From Octopus sinensis (lineage: Eukaryota): DNA of 64,000 bases. Location: contig NC_042999.1 in NCBI RefSeq assembly GCF_006345805.1, positions 147,436,001 through 147,500,000 of the forward strand. The letters run 5' to 3'. The translations under genes and the position numbers were made by a program. Below are positions 27,530 to 41,949 of the stretch, one piece after another. Each line of letters opens with the position of its first letter. Positions within the stretch are counted from its first letter, which is position 1. The notes beneath the pieces were generated by a model that was not told the origin of the DNA, searched no databases, and was given only the letters and a program-made list of their open reading frames with translations.

Positions 27530-28710
27530 ATTGTTTTAAGAAAATATTGAATAGAACACAACATGTTGTCTGGTGAATAGAACACGACATGTTGTAGTCG
27601 ATTGAGTTCACTCGAGCCCAGCAAAAGTCACCAGCGGTGTCTCTCAGGGGACTGTCTTGGGCCCGATCCTCTTCATAATTTACATAAACCACCTTTCCAG
27701 TGTCGTACATCACTGCAAAGTGAAAATATTTGCTGATGACACTAAGCTCCAGCAAATCATCAATGAAGAAGCAGACCGAACTCAACTCCAGTCTGATCTA
27801 CATGCTGAGAGTCAATGGGCAGATAAAAACAAAATGCAACTGAACGAGGGAAAATTTGAGCTGATGCATTTTGGAAAGACATCCACACTAAAACAGCCAT
27901 ACTCTCTTCCTTCAGAAGAACCGCTCACAGCCTCTAACAATGTCATAGACCTGGGCGTAATTGTTCATGACAATCTCAGTTGGAGTGCCCACATCAACAA
28001 TAAGGTCGATATAGCTCGTAGAATGAGTTCCTAGATCGTAAGAACTTTCCGGTCCAGAGAACAAGGTACCATCATACCACTTTTCTCCTCCTTCGTACGG
28101 CCAAACCTCGAATACTGATGCCCACTGTTGTCTCCCCATACAAGACAAAACATCTCGAGGATTGAATCACCCCAGAGAGCACTCACTAAACGAATTGAAG
28201 GTATGACTTCTCTCGATTGTTGGGACCGCCTTAAAGCCATGACATTCTATCCTCTCCAGCGCCGCCGCAAGCGGTACATCATTTCAACGATGTGGAGAAT
28301 ATACCGCCAACTTTGCCCAAACGACCTGAACATTAGTTTCAAGGTTCATCCAAGGCTGGAACCACGGGCCATACGTCCCTTGCCCAATTCAGGGTCACAG
28401 CATATAAGTACAATGCAACATAATTTCTTTTCCTCAACAAGCCCTGCCCAATTTAACATTGTCCCGAAAGAGATCAAAGAGGAAAAGGATCCCATCAACT
28501 TTAAACGGAGTCTGGATAGATTCCTTCAAGGAATACCAGATAAGCCATCCATAATTGGATACAACTCACCCTACAAGAACTCACTACTTGAATGGATCAT
28601 AAACAAAACTTGAGTTAAACAGAATTTAGATAATCCTATCAGGTGGTGCTATTAAGTTAGATGTGGCCTGGACCAATCTTTGGTTGAAATATATCTAAAT
28701 TTATCTAAGT
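27530..28710 (+). mobile_element. Second CR1/L2-group LINE fragment (RT core to 3' end)
   Basis: SGVSQGTVLGPILFIIYIN...KIFADDTKL...DLGV...RPNLEY; stops and frameshifts; tail of atctaa(g/a)ttt repeats. Confidence 0.88.
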
Positions 28711-29040
28711 TTATGTAATATTTATAATTTTTACGATTTTAGATAACAACTCGGGCTGTAATTTCTGAGACCGAGTCAGGCGCGTATGGATGATGCCGAG
28801 AGAACGTCTGCAACAAATGATATTTTTTTGATACAGGACAACTCTAAGATGAACGGCAGACGCTGAAAAAAATAAATGGACTTCGACGAGGCCCAATCAG
28901 AGGATCTCCAGTTATTAACCTCAATTACATACTTGAAGTCAGTCTTTGCAGAAATTAAATCAGCCTTCAAAGACAGTTTCACTTAACTAAATTTATACTC
29001 GGGCTAAGCCCAAACAGCCCGAATACCGGAGTCGCCACTG
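28711..29040. mobile_element. Possible hAT-like element end
   Basis: Terminus gtcgccactg (CAGTGGCG on minus); ctcgggct subterminal motifs, mirrored as agcccgag near 27440. Confidence 0.3.
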
Positions 29041-29059
29041 ATATATATATATATACACA

Positions 29060-29830
29060 AACAATGAGGCGTATAGCACCGTTTCTCAAAATTCTCACTA
29101 GGAACCATGGGATGAATCACATTCTACAAACACAAATTTATCAAAAGTAAATAACGTAAATAACTAAAATAAATACTGACAAATGAGAAATTATACCCAA
29201 CAACAACTGAACCAACAGTTAAAAGATGTGATCACCCAAATTGTGAAACATGTCCCACCCTAGTTGAAGGTTCAGAGTTCCACTTCAAACAAGGACAGAG
29301 ATTCACAAATAAGGCTGATTTAGTTTGTGCATTCGAAAATATAATACATGTGATAATTTGTTCAGGATGTGGACACAACTATATAGGGCAAACAGGGAGA
29401 AAGAAAAGTTACGTTTCCCAAGGTTTAGACAGATACCATTCAGCGAACACATTTCAAGATGTGTAGGGAATCCCCAACTAAACTTCAACATTTCCCTCAT
29501 TAACTAGCACAAGGAAACTTTCAGTACAACAACAATTAAATAAATAATATATATTTATTGAAAAATACAATCCGCGCCCGAATATGAACACATAAACAGT
29601 TTAGGATTTTTGAAATATTTCAATTCATGAACGCATTTGTACATACTTTAATTCATAAATGTGTAACTTCGTAATATAAAAACTATCAATTCTTCTCTCA
29701 AGAATAGAGAAATTCCACATAGTGTTTCCCTCTCATATTTATGTATAAAATAATATTTACTGAATCTCAGTTTTTATGCGCTAAATTGATGTTATTAAAT
29801 TGATATCCAATTTTTCACCCTCATTTTGAC
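29060..29830 (+). mobile_element. Neptune-type Penelope-like element fragment (Zn finger plus GIY-YIG)
   Basis: In frame from 29221: KRCDHPNCETCPTL...LVCAFENIIHVIICSGCGHNYIGQTG, then RQIPFSEHISRC; lies between (TA)n tracts. Confidence 0.8.
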
Positions 29831-29929
<99 letters not shown>

Positions 29930-30020
29930 AAATAAATTAATATTAATTTTAATATCAATTTAAAACCAGTAGTCCAGCATACAAAAATCTGAGGAGTCAG
30001 AGAAAATTCTAATATATGTG

Positions 30021-30306
30021 TATATTGGCAGGGCTTACTGCTAGGGAGTCGGCCATATGCTAGAAATAGACCATCAACGGTCAAACTACAAGGAAATTCT
30101 CTAGAGGAAAAATACAGCGAACACCAGAACCAATTTTGGCGGGCATGACAGATGAAAATTTATATAAATTTTCATCTGTCATGCCCGCCAAAATTGGTTC
30201 TGGTGTTCGCTGTATTTTTCCTCTAGAGAATTTCCTTGTAGTTTGACCGTTGATGGTCTATTTCTAGCATATGGCCGACTCCCTAGCAGTAAGCCCTGCC
30301 AATATA
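30021..30306. repeat. Perfect spacerless 286-bp palindrome
   Basis: Centre gatgaaaatttat|ataaattttcatc at 30163/30164; no mismatch seen between the arms. Confidence 0.95.
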
Positions 30307-30313
30307 TACATAT

Positions 30314-30347
<34 letters not shown>

Positions 30348-30357
30348 ATATATATAT

Positions 30358-30394
<37 letters not shown>

Positions 30395-32578
30395 TATATA
30401 TGTAGATGCATGTATATATGTATGTATAAGCAAACAGCATACGATGCTTATAGTTGAATATTTTTCATTAATGCCTTAATGTTTATGGTGAGATAAATAT
30501 TCTAGTAATCCTTCAATACAATTATTTTGAAATAACGCAATGCAACATGTAGGCATTGAGTGATGTATACGTTTTTAATTCAACAAAATCTTCCATGTTG
30601 ACACCAGATTTATATTCAGATATAAATATATACAATGAATATAATGATTTAATAGTCAGAAAATTCCTGAGAGCAAATAATGACCTCACATATTTAACTC
30701 GCAGCAGAAAGCAAGGCATCTCCTTACACAAACGTTTTGAACGTTAACTGACACTAACATTAAGTTAACAACCCAGTAACTCCATAATTGCATCAGGACA
30801 GGATAATAAAGGATACGCACTCGATAATGAAGTGTAAGTTCGTAAGCATGAATAGGTGTTTAAAACTTCTTTAGTGTGCCAAATTTGATATGAAAATACT
30901 TATCTTATCTTATCTCTCGTACGTTCAGCATTGTCATACATGTACAGTAAAGAATCGTATAAATACAATGGATAAATGATAATGTGGTGCTACTCTTCAA
31001 TGGGATACAATATGGTTTATTTGAAATTCATAAATATGTCCACAGAACGGGCGACAATTTTTGTATGCTTTACGATTCAGTGACATAAATTATATTGACT
31101 TTCATACTTTCATTGACTCTCATCTCGATAAGAAAAAATCACATTAAATATAAGGAATAAAACAACAGAAATGAAATATATATTTGCCGAAGGTAAAAGA
31201 TCTGAATAACAATTGTTTCAATTTCAATTCTAGATTATTTTGGAAGCAAACTAATGGTTTTCGTCATAAACATGCAATATGCGAACAAACTACTGATTAA
31301 CCAAAGTGATTTCATTTCTTCTTGATATGTTAATTTCCGCAACTAAATGATTCTACTAAATAATTCAACTCAGTTATTTAGTTATCACCACTTCAGAGGT
31401 TTCAATGGCGAGTTTGCTTCCCTAAAGAGTTTTGTTATCATCGAAACATGATAAAATCTGTCTCTTTTATTTGTTAAAATGTTTAAAATAGTAAATACAT
31501 TGTGCTAAAAATTTAGTTTCTTCATGGAATTGTATTTCTTAGTAGATTTTTGATAACAAATGAAATAGCCTTCACCGACGTGGCTGTTCGTTTCCTTGTA
31601 AATAACGTCTCTGAGTAAATAATGGTCCTGCTGTAGTTTTATCTTCTTTATCTGCTTCTTTTTAGATAAAGTAATCAGTGTTTAAAGATTCATCAATCAA
31701 CAACACGCAAACGTATTTATAAATTAATTTACTATGTCTATACAGCAGATTTTGTAATATAATCCAAGCAATTAAAAATGTAATAATTTTTTCAATATTT
31801 TTTGAAATATTTTATTTAGTTGCCATAGTGTCGAGAAATGGATTTTCTTCAGTAAGTCTTGAGTTGTAATTTGCGGAACTAAAGACAGACTTTGAGAGAA
31901 TTTTGAAGCTGTTTCTTCTCTCTTGACAGGACATTCATAATTTACTAATGATCACCCTTGCAATGTTGACGATGACGACAATGAGAATGAAAATTATGTA
32001 GAAAATTATGATTATGATGAAAGTATGAGTATGGAGACAATGCAGTTGACAATGATGATAACGAAGAATGATGATAATATATTCCTTAAACGTCTAGATA
32101 TTTATAAAAATTGAATAATACGATTTTCATTGTTGCCAAAAGAGCACTAAATAAGGTTATTATCAGGAAAATAGAATATGATATTACTGTCAAAATTGAT
32201 ACGACTAAATGTTTCAAAAAAATGATAAAATAAAAAGGTTAAACACATACACATGCACACACGCACATAGATGCACATTTGGGAAGCTGTCAAAAAACCA
32301 CATTCACAAAAGCATACAGACACTCGTATACACTCATATAGCTTGTGTCTTGAAATAAGTACTGCCCTTTAGGGACGATAAGTAGAACACTATGCACATG
32401 ACGGTTAATCTTGAATATCAGATGAAGGTCCCTCGAAAATTATAACCATGTGATACTGGCAGAAGAATTTAAAGGCTGGTTATAGTCCAGTGTGATGATA
32501 GTGAATTGGATAATATATGTAACTTTCTGCATTATATACATACATACGTACATACATACACACATATATATACATATA

Positions 32579-33012
32579 GGCGCAGGAGTGGCTGTGTGGT
32601 AAGTAGCTTGCTAACCAACCACATGGTTCCGGGTTCAGTCCTACTGCGTGGCAACTTGGGCAAGTGTCTTCTGCTATATCCTCGGGCCGACCAATGCCTT
32701 GTGAGTGGATTTGGTAGACGGAAACTGAAAGAAGCCTGTCGTATATATGTATATATATCTATATGTATGTGTGTGTGTGTTTGTGTGTCTGTGTTTGTCC
32801 CCCTAGCATTGCTTGACAACCGATGCTGGTGTGTTTACATCCCCATCATATAGCGGTTCGGCAAAAGAGACCGATAGAATAAGTACTGGGCTTACAAAGA
32901 ATAAGTCCCGATGTCGATTTGCTTGACTAAAGGCGGTGCTCCAGCATGGCCGCAGTCAAATTAGTGAAACAAGTGAAAGAGTAAAAGAGTAAAGAGTAAA
33001 AGAGTAAAAGAG

Positions 33013-33013
<1 letters not shown>
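32579..33013 (+). mobile_element. Family A SINE, full length
   Basis: ggcgcaggagtggctgtgtggtaag...ggttcagtcc...ttgggcaagt...ggcggtgctccagcatggcc...(gtaaaaga)n. Confidence 0.92.
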
Positions 33014-33052
<39 letters not shown>

Positions 33053-33090
33053 TATACATTCATGCATACATACATACATACATACATACA

Positions 33091-33121
<31 letters not shown>

Positions 33122-33162
33122 GTACATACATACATACATACATACATACATACATACATACA

Positions 33163-33194
<32 letters not shown>

Positions 33195-36042
33195 GGCATG
33201 CATTTATAGTAATATTGTAAATTACATTTTTTCCAATAATCGAAATAATTATTGTTTCCAATAATAGAGCTGTAAAAATATTTCTTGTTCGATTATTGGA
33301 AATACATTTCATTGGTGTTATGATCTTCATCATATAACTTATGTTGACAAGTGCTTTATTGTAAAATAGAAAAACCTATAAAAACTGATTCTGATATAGA
33401 CGACGTATAGGTATTGGAGCATAGAAGAAACACAAATTCATTTTAAATATTTCAATAATCCTGAAATCTTATATCCATATAGTAAACTCATAACATGGTA
33501 TCGTTTTTCATCATATCTTTTTCAGGTATTATAAAAGAGATCCTATAATCATTCTTCGCAATAATATTATTACCGACAACATATATATTACATTTAGCTT
33601 ACATTTTTCATGTATCTTGCGTGAATATATTGAATGGCTTTGTGTAGACTATAGTGTACAGATAAAGTTTTCACTTGTTGAATTTAGAGGAAAGAGCTTT
33701 ACATTGAACTTACAGGTTCTGCGAAACTTGTGAGATTTATGATGAAAATATTCCATTTACAATTAAGCAAATGGAGCACTACAAGAGATATATAAGTGGA
33801 GAAGAAATACCGGAAGGCCTGTGTCTAGAGTAAGGAGATTTAGAAACAATGGTAATGTGGGAAAATTGAGTTTGGATGCAACAAGGACGAGTGTGTCAGT
33901 GATACCTATGTAGTCATGGAACGACACCAAGAAAACACAGGAGCAAAAGCTATTATTGTAGAGATATAAAAACCAGAAAGAGGAAACAGTATGCCGGTAT
34001 ATTAGAGTTTAGAGTGAGTCCACTGGTGATAGAATGCCAATCACTTGGGTGAGGCTCTTCTGGATGCATCCAGATTGTCAGTGTGCGTTGCAGCACCACT
34101 GTTCTAGGTGTCGAGGAGTAATCTATTATTGGTCTCAGTTTTGACTTGTAGAGTATCGGCAGCTGGTGGAGTCTGAAGTATCGTCTACTTTTACCTCAAC
34201 TTATTAGTTTTGGGATATTGTCCTAGCTATGTAAAAGATGTGTTTTCTTCAGGAAAGAGTTATAGTCGTAGTACATGATATTACTCAGGGAAAACAAAAC
34301 TTAGTACTCAGGGAACTTAGTAGTCAGGGAAAACTAAACTTAGTTTGATGTATCGAATTAACGATACACAATTCAATGAATAATATTAATTAATCCATCG
34401 AATTCGAAAAAATATTCCTGCAATGTTTTTGTCTTATCAACCCTACCAGCTGAAAGATGAATTTAATGTTCTTCCCGAATTCACGTGCACTATTCCGCAT
34501 GTGTTGATCTAGACAGCTTATTTTAGACAATTAAATAAGTAGAGAAGTACTTATTTCAAATTTATTTTAAATTTTCTACGCTTTGGCTCTGAAAGTCCGA
34601 TGACATTAGAGCTGTTCCTATCAGCGAAACTATGAATGTGTGTGTGTGCAGGCGGGTAAGTATGTGTGTGTCTGTATGCGTAAACAAACAAATCTATTAT
34701 AATTAATGTGAAAGCAAATGTCCGTGTATCCCTCTTTTTCAACTTTACTCCTGCAATCCCTCTCTCACTATTCAATGACACTTCTACTATTCCTCATTCT
34801 TGTTCGAACCCGCGATCTCACTATTCAATGACACATATACTGTCCCTTATGCCTTACCTGTCTCTCACTATATAATGAATGCGAATGTCAGTGTGTCAGT
34901 GTGCCACACTTTTTCAACTTTATTCCTAGAGGCCATAGCCCAACATATCACACCATCTGGGAATCAGGCCGACACTGTGAGTAAGTTAAAAGCATTTCGG
35001 GTCGAATCTTGACCCGCAATCCTGGAAAATTTGATTCCTAAGTTTTCATTCCTACAAATGTTTTCGGCAATTTTTACATGATTTTTTGCGACGAATTGTT
35101 TTGTACGATAACAATTTGTATAACTTGGAAATAAAGTTTGGGAGTAATCGAAATTGATTGCGAAATCCAACGATTTCGGTGATTTTGTTTTACGCGAATT
35201 TTTGCGACACATACGATCACCAATGAGATGTGACACTGGGGAAAGCAATTGTAACAAATTCTCTAAAAGAAATCAGAGATCTGTTTTCAGATCTTCCCAT
35301 TTGGGGTCAGTAACTTAAAAGCTATATACTAGCTTAAAAGACGCCCTATCGAGCGGATTTTATGCTAGTGAGTATATATATATGGAAAACTGTCTATAAA
35401 AATTTCTCATAAATAAAAAAAAATATATTAGAAAAGTGAGAACAGGAATTTCAGAAGAATAAAGTTAGAAAGTAATGTAATATTTCATTATTTCAAATTC
35501 TTTTACATTTGTTCATTTACTCAAGGTGTTAATTAATTTTACAATTTATATATTAGCTATTAATTCACATAATGACTGAATATATTTTCAATTTTGCAAA
35601 CATTATGAGTCAGACTTGTGCAATCAATTCCCTCTAAACCGATTCATTCCCTTTCATCTTCCCTAAGTGCACCTCTTCTAATTTACTAAAGGCACTCTAA
35701 GGCTTTTGCAATACTGTAGTATTACGATAGCATAGGCTTATGTATAATTCTCATACTGACATGCCTTTTATAAACATTAGCAGTCAGATTTGTTGAGCAT
35801 ACTACCTGAATAATTTACAAAAACTAACTGAAACACAAAACGTTGAAACTAATTTGTAAGACCAAATTATTTTCTATCATTGTTGTTTGCATACAAATTG
35901 GAAAAAGAACATATCTCTCAAGAGAGTAGCAAAATGCTGGACAAGTAATGTTCCCTACCCAAGATAGTTTTGCTGAATAAAACACATTTATGTTAGAATT
36001 ACTGCTGTTTACGTGTTTCGAATAATAATAATGATAATAATG

Positions 36043-36096
<54 letters not shown>

Positions 36097-36115
36097 TAAT
36101 AATAATAATAATAAA

Positions 36116-36670
36116 TGCCCTGATGCAGTACCAGGCAGTGGCTCTCATGGCTTCTGATCTTAACTGATTGGAAGTGTTATCATGTACATTGTTTTGTCTT
36201 GGTATAAAAGATGGGCTACAGCAAATATTCTGCTCAATACCACAGATTTGCTTGTCAGTTGTTTGACCATAACCTGTTGAGCATGTCCCGTAGTGGCTGA
36301 CGATATGTGCATCTCTGATCACGAGCAGAAGTAGTGGGGGAGCATCATAGCCATGTGTTGAGAGGGATTCTTTGGGGTTTGAATAGTTCACCTCTGGAAA
36401 CATGGGTGGTTCTTTCAACATCCTTAAACAACCCTTATTCAGGGACCGTTTGAGCAGGATGGACTACTCAAAATGAAGAAAATTCTAACTGGGCCCCACC
36501 TGCAAGGTCATGTGCTGTTTATCTTGATATGAGATCACCATGTCGCGCACATATGGTTGTGATGCATGTGCCTGGTGTACCTTTATCAGACTTATAGTCA
36601 TGATGGGTATATTGGGCTTCGTATATTTTACCCCAGTGTCACTTTGATGGCATGAACTGCTCTCTCACTC
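36116..36670 (+). mobile_element. 560-bp AAT retroposon, full-length copy
   Basis: tgccctgatgcagtaccagg...ctctctcactc between long (AAT)n arrays. Confidence 0.9.
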
Positions 36671-36674
36671 AATG

Positions 36675-36938
<264 letters not shown>

Positions 36939-36997
36939 AATAATAATAATAATAATTGTAGTACATTTCCAGCATTAGAAGCTGTGCAAAGACAATA

Positions 36998-37014
36998 AAA
37001 TAATAATAATAATA

Positions 37015-37067
<53 letters not shown>

Positions 37068-37069
37068 GG

Positions 37070-37112
<43 letters not shown>

Positions 37113-37239
37113 GATGGCGATGGTGATGGCGATGGTGATGGTGATGGTGATGATGATGATGATGGTGATGGTGGTGGTGGTGGTGGTGGTGGTGGTGATG
37201 ATGATGATATGATGATAATAATAATAATAATAATAATAA

Positions 37240-37270
<31 letters not shown>

Positions 37271-37326
37271 AAGAAGAGGAGCAACAAAAACAACAACAAC
37301 AACGATGACGACGACGACATGATGAT
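36998..37326. repeat. Compound trinucleotide array (AAT/GAT/GGT/GAA/CAA/GAC)
   Basis: Read directly. Confidence 0.95.
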
Positions 37327-38470
37327 AAGTGCATGGAAATATAAATACAAAAAGTAATGCATAAAAACTCGATACAAGTTAATTCATTTAACTTTAACAA
37401 AGAAATGTTTCTTCGTATTATGCACCCGGGCAATGCCAAGTACATCTGCTACTCTAAGTTAATGTAATTTACAATGTGTCATACATAAATAAATCAATAA
37501 TATTGTGAGAAATGTGTCATAGATTAATCAATAGTGTTTTCTTATTGAAAATGCTGAAAGTGTATTTTAACAAAATACTCTCAAAAACGTGTGTGGAAAC
37601 ATTTGCGGGTATCACATCTATCACAGATACAGAACACGAATCTTCGTAATGTAAAATACAGTATTAAACGTATATATCAAATAGAAAAGAGGTGTCTTGA
37701 GAGTGGTTTAATGTTGCACCAGATCAGAGTATACTGTTACATTGTTTAAGAGAATTTCTTCATAAAAGGAATTTGCAATTGCCTTCTAAATCTTTTGATG
37801 GTTTTAGAATTAGGAGAGGAATTCTTGATACTCAGGTGACTGGTTTCGTTATTGTGTATATCGGGTGAAAAGCTTGCCTAGATCAAACTGGCATTGCTGT
37901 ATTAGCAAGTAGTTGTAAAAACATTACAATCCATGTGGTGCAATTACATATGCGGTGTGGGTATTAAAGAGATAAAGAAAGGAATTGAAATAATTAAGCA
38001 CTTTGAATGATCTGAAAAATAATTTGAGTCTCAACTCCTGCTTAGAATGAAGGAAGGGCAAATGATTGTGTTAACTGGGACGTCATACGTATTGAGAACG
38101 ATTACCTCCTATACTCTTTTACTGATTTGAACCATGCAGCTGCGGTCATATTGGAGCACCACCTATATAATTTTTTTTCACATAGCTTTCGTCCATCTTC
38201 ATATCCAGTATTCAAATTCCACCGAGCTCGGCTTTCCTTTCATTATTTTAGAGTCAATAAAATATAAGTACCAGTTGCGTACTGGGGTTCATATAATCGA
38301 TATCTCCGCTCCTAGAAATTGATGGCCTTGTACTGAAATTTGAAATCAATATTTCATATGCATTATATTGCAACATATTACTTTAAGCTTCCCTTTATGA
38401 AGGATATCATGCGGTAGACATCTTCCAGTTAGCGTAAAACTTATAATAACTTGTTATAAATAGAATACCA

Positions 38471-39096
38471 GGATATTTGTGGTTTTCGTCACTGTTTACA
38501 ATTTTGTTCCAATTGTTTTCAAATTTGATATATGGATTAAGTTTTGTATGCTAGTTATGAAAGTGAAATTCATTTTTCCTATAAGTCCATAATTAAAAAG
38601 TTAAAAATTTGCGAAATTTGGGTATTATAGCCAATCAGAAGCGAGGATTTTAGACACCACTGTGGTGAAGAAGTCTGTTTCTATAGTAACCAAAGCAAAG
38701 AATCACTTCGTATTCTAAAGCTAATTGCGAAGAGCTCTGTTTCCGTAGAAACTAAAGGTGCTGCGCATGCGCACAATTAGTGCAACCATCACTTGTTCGA
38801 AAGCAGATGGAACTCACTCTCAACAATAATTAGCTTAATGTTTAGACATGTCGATGCCCACCGCCGTCTGATGATAGAAGATGTAGCAAACGCGCTTTTT
38901 TCTGATTGATTGAAAACTCTAGGCGCAGGAGTGGCTGTGTGGTAAGTAGATTGCTTACCAACCACATGGTTCCGGGTTCAGTCACACCGCGTGGCACCTC
39001 GGGCAAGTATCTTTACTATAGCCTCGAGCCGAACAAAGCACTGTGAGTGGTTTGGTAGACGGAAACTGAAAGAAGCCCGTCGTATGTATATATATA

Positions 39097-39137
<41 letters not shown>

Positions 39138-39550
39138 TGTGTGTGTGTGTATGTGTGTGTGTGTGTGAGAGAGTATGTGTGGGTGAGTGTGTGTGTGTGT
39201 TTGTGCCTCCAACATGGCTTGACAACCGATGCTGGTGGGTTTGCGTCCCGTCACTTAGCGGTTCGGCAGGAGAGACCGATAGAATAAGTACTAGGCTTAC
39301 AAAAAATAAGTCCTGGGGTCGATTTGCTCGACTAAAGTCGGTGCTCCAGCATGGCCACAGTCAAATGACTAAAACAAATAAAATAATAAAAGAATAAAAG
39401 AACCTTGTAACACCTGTAACATTTCTGCAAAATTTTTCTGGAATAAATTAATAACACATTCGGATTCAGCGTCAAAAATTACATCTATATGGTACATTAA
39501 GGGTTTTTTGAAAGGTAATTGTAAAGAGTGACGAAAACCATAAAAATTCC
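38471..39550. mobile_element. Non-autonomous TIR DNA transposon (~33-bp imperfect TIRs) with a nested SINE
   Basis: ggatatttgtggttttcgtcactgtttacaatt at 38471 versus aattgtaaagagtgacgaaaaccataaaaattcc ending at 39550. Confidence 0.6.
38922..39401 (+). mobile_element. Family A SINE, full length
   Basis: Same head, core and tail as the copy at 32579. Confidence 0.92.
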
Positions 39551-40245
39551 GATATCGTATGAGGTGTTCTTTTGTTTGTTACATATTAAATGATATTATA
39601 CTATGTACTCTCTTGACGCATTACTCTGAAGTAGAAGCATTTTGGGTTCTAACAACAGGCTTTTAGTACCGCTATGCCTAAACTAAATCATAATGCACAC
39701 GAACTCGCGCGTGCACACTCACACGGACACACGTGCATGAATAAAGGTGCGTTTGCGGGAGCCTATATGTGTACTTTCATATATCTGTAAATATGTTTAT
39801 GTCCAGGTATATTTCTACCACTCGCTCAGGTGATTATATTGTCTGCAATGCGTGCGGCTACAAATAAAATGCTATTTGTGACATAAAAGCGAATGCATCA
39901 TTATTTTTGTTACTATTAGTATTTTTATCTCTAATCTTTTTTTTTTTTTTTCGGTTTCATTTTTTATATCGTCTGTGCAAAAGCTTTTGTTCGTTTGATG
40001 GGGATTGTCTGGTCGACATTTGTTTTGAAAGACGGCTTGTGGAGAAGATATTTTCAAATCATTTATCCATAAATAGAAGAGAAAAAATTCTCGCCTATCT
40101 CAGGCGAGGAATTTTTCACTTACACTCGCGATCTCCTTGAGTAAACATTCTGCGCAATAACGTAACAACTCTAATACGATTTTAGTAAACTTAAAAAACA
40201 ATATGTGTAGACGTATACACAAATACAGATATTTTACCGAGGTGT

Positions 40246-40857
<612 letters not shown>

Positions 40858-40875
40858 AATAATAATAATATTAAT

Positions 40876-41431
40876 TGCCCTGATGCAGTACCAGGCAGTG
40901 GCTCTCATGGCTTCTGATCTTCACTGATTGGGAGTGTTATCATGTACGTTGATTTGTCTTGGTAAAAAAGATGAGCTACACCAAATATTCCGCTCAATAC
41001 AGCAGATTTGCTTGTCTCTTGATTGATTTTAACCAGTTGAGCATGTCCCTTAGTGACTGATGATATGTGCATCTCTGATCATGAACTGAAGTAGTGGAGA
41101 GAGCATCATGGCCATGTGTTGAAAGGAATTTTCAGAATTTTGGATAAATCACCTTTGGAAACATGGGTGTTTCGTTCAACATCCTTAAACAATCCTTATT
41201 CAGGGACCTTTTGAGCAGGATGTGCTATTCGAATAGAAGAAAATTGTAACTGGGCAACACCAGCAAGGTCATGTGCTGTTTATCTTGATATGAGATCACC
41301 ATGTAGCGCACGTATGGTTGTGATGCCTGTGCCTGGTGTACCCTTATCAGACGGTTAGTTATGATGGGTATACTGGGCTTGGTATGTTTTACCTCAGTGT
41401 CACTTTGATGGCATACACTGCTCTCTCACTC
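40876..41431 (+). mobile_element. 560-bp AAT retroposon, older full-length copy in tandem
   Basis: Separated from the previous copy only by aataataataatattaat. Confidence 0.9.
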
Positions 41432-41434
41432 AAC

Positions 41435-41477
<43 letters not shown>

Positions 41478-41510
41478 TAATAATAATAATAATAAAATAA
41501 TAATAATAAT

Positions 41511-41587
<77 letters not shown>

Positions 41588-41949
41588 TGCCAGTAGAACA
41601 AAAGGGATGTGGTAAAGGATCCAATGGCACCAATGGACTCAACCAACTTTTCTTGATGGATTATTTGAAACTTTTCGCAAAAACAGTGCGTGAAATGGAA
41701 AGGGTGGTTGAGACTATGCAAATGTGTGCAGTAAGGATATAGGGATGGTGGTGGTGGTGGTGGTGGTGGTGGTTTTTTTGTGGTTGCATATATGGAATGG
41801 CGCGTGTTTCAGGTGTTAGAGGTGTTGATGTCGATGCAGTGTTTGTTTTGGTCGTATTTGGTTTTGTATTTTGATTCTTTTCTTTCCCCTTCTCGTGTGG
41901 ATAAGGATTGTTGTTGTTGTTTGTCTATATCTTTATTTTTTCTTCTGTC

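Noticed and set aside
29980-30015. CTGAGGA-gtcaga-GAAA hammerhead candidate
   Set aside because: No stem I or stem III pairing
31910-32090. Possible host exon after ttcttctctcttgacag
   Set aside because: All three frames stop early or are low complexity; no donor site or recognisable domain
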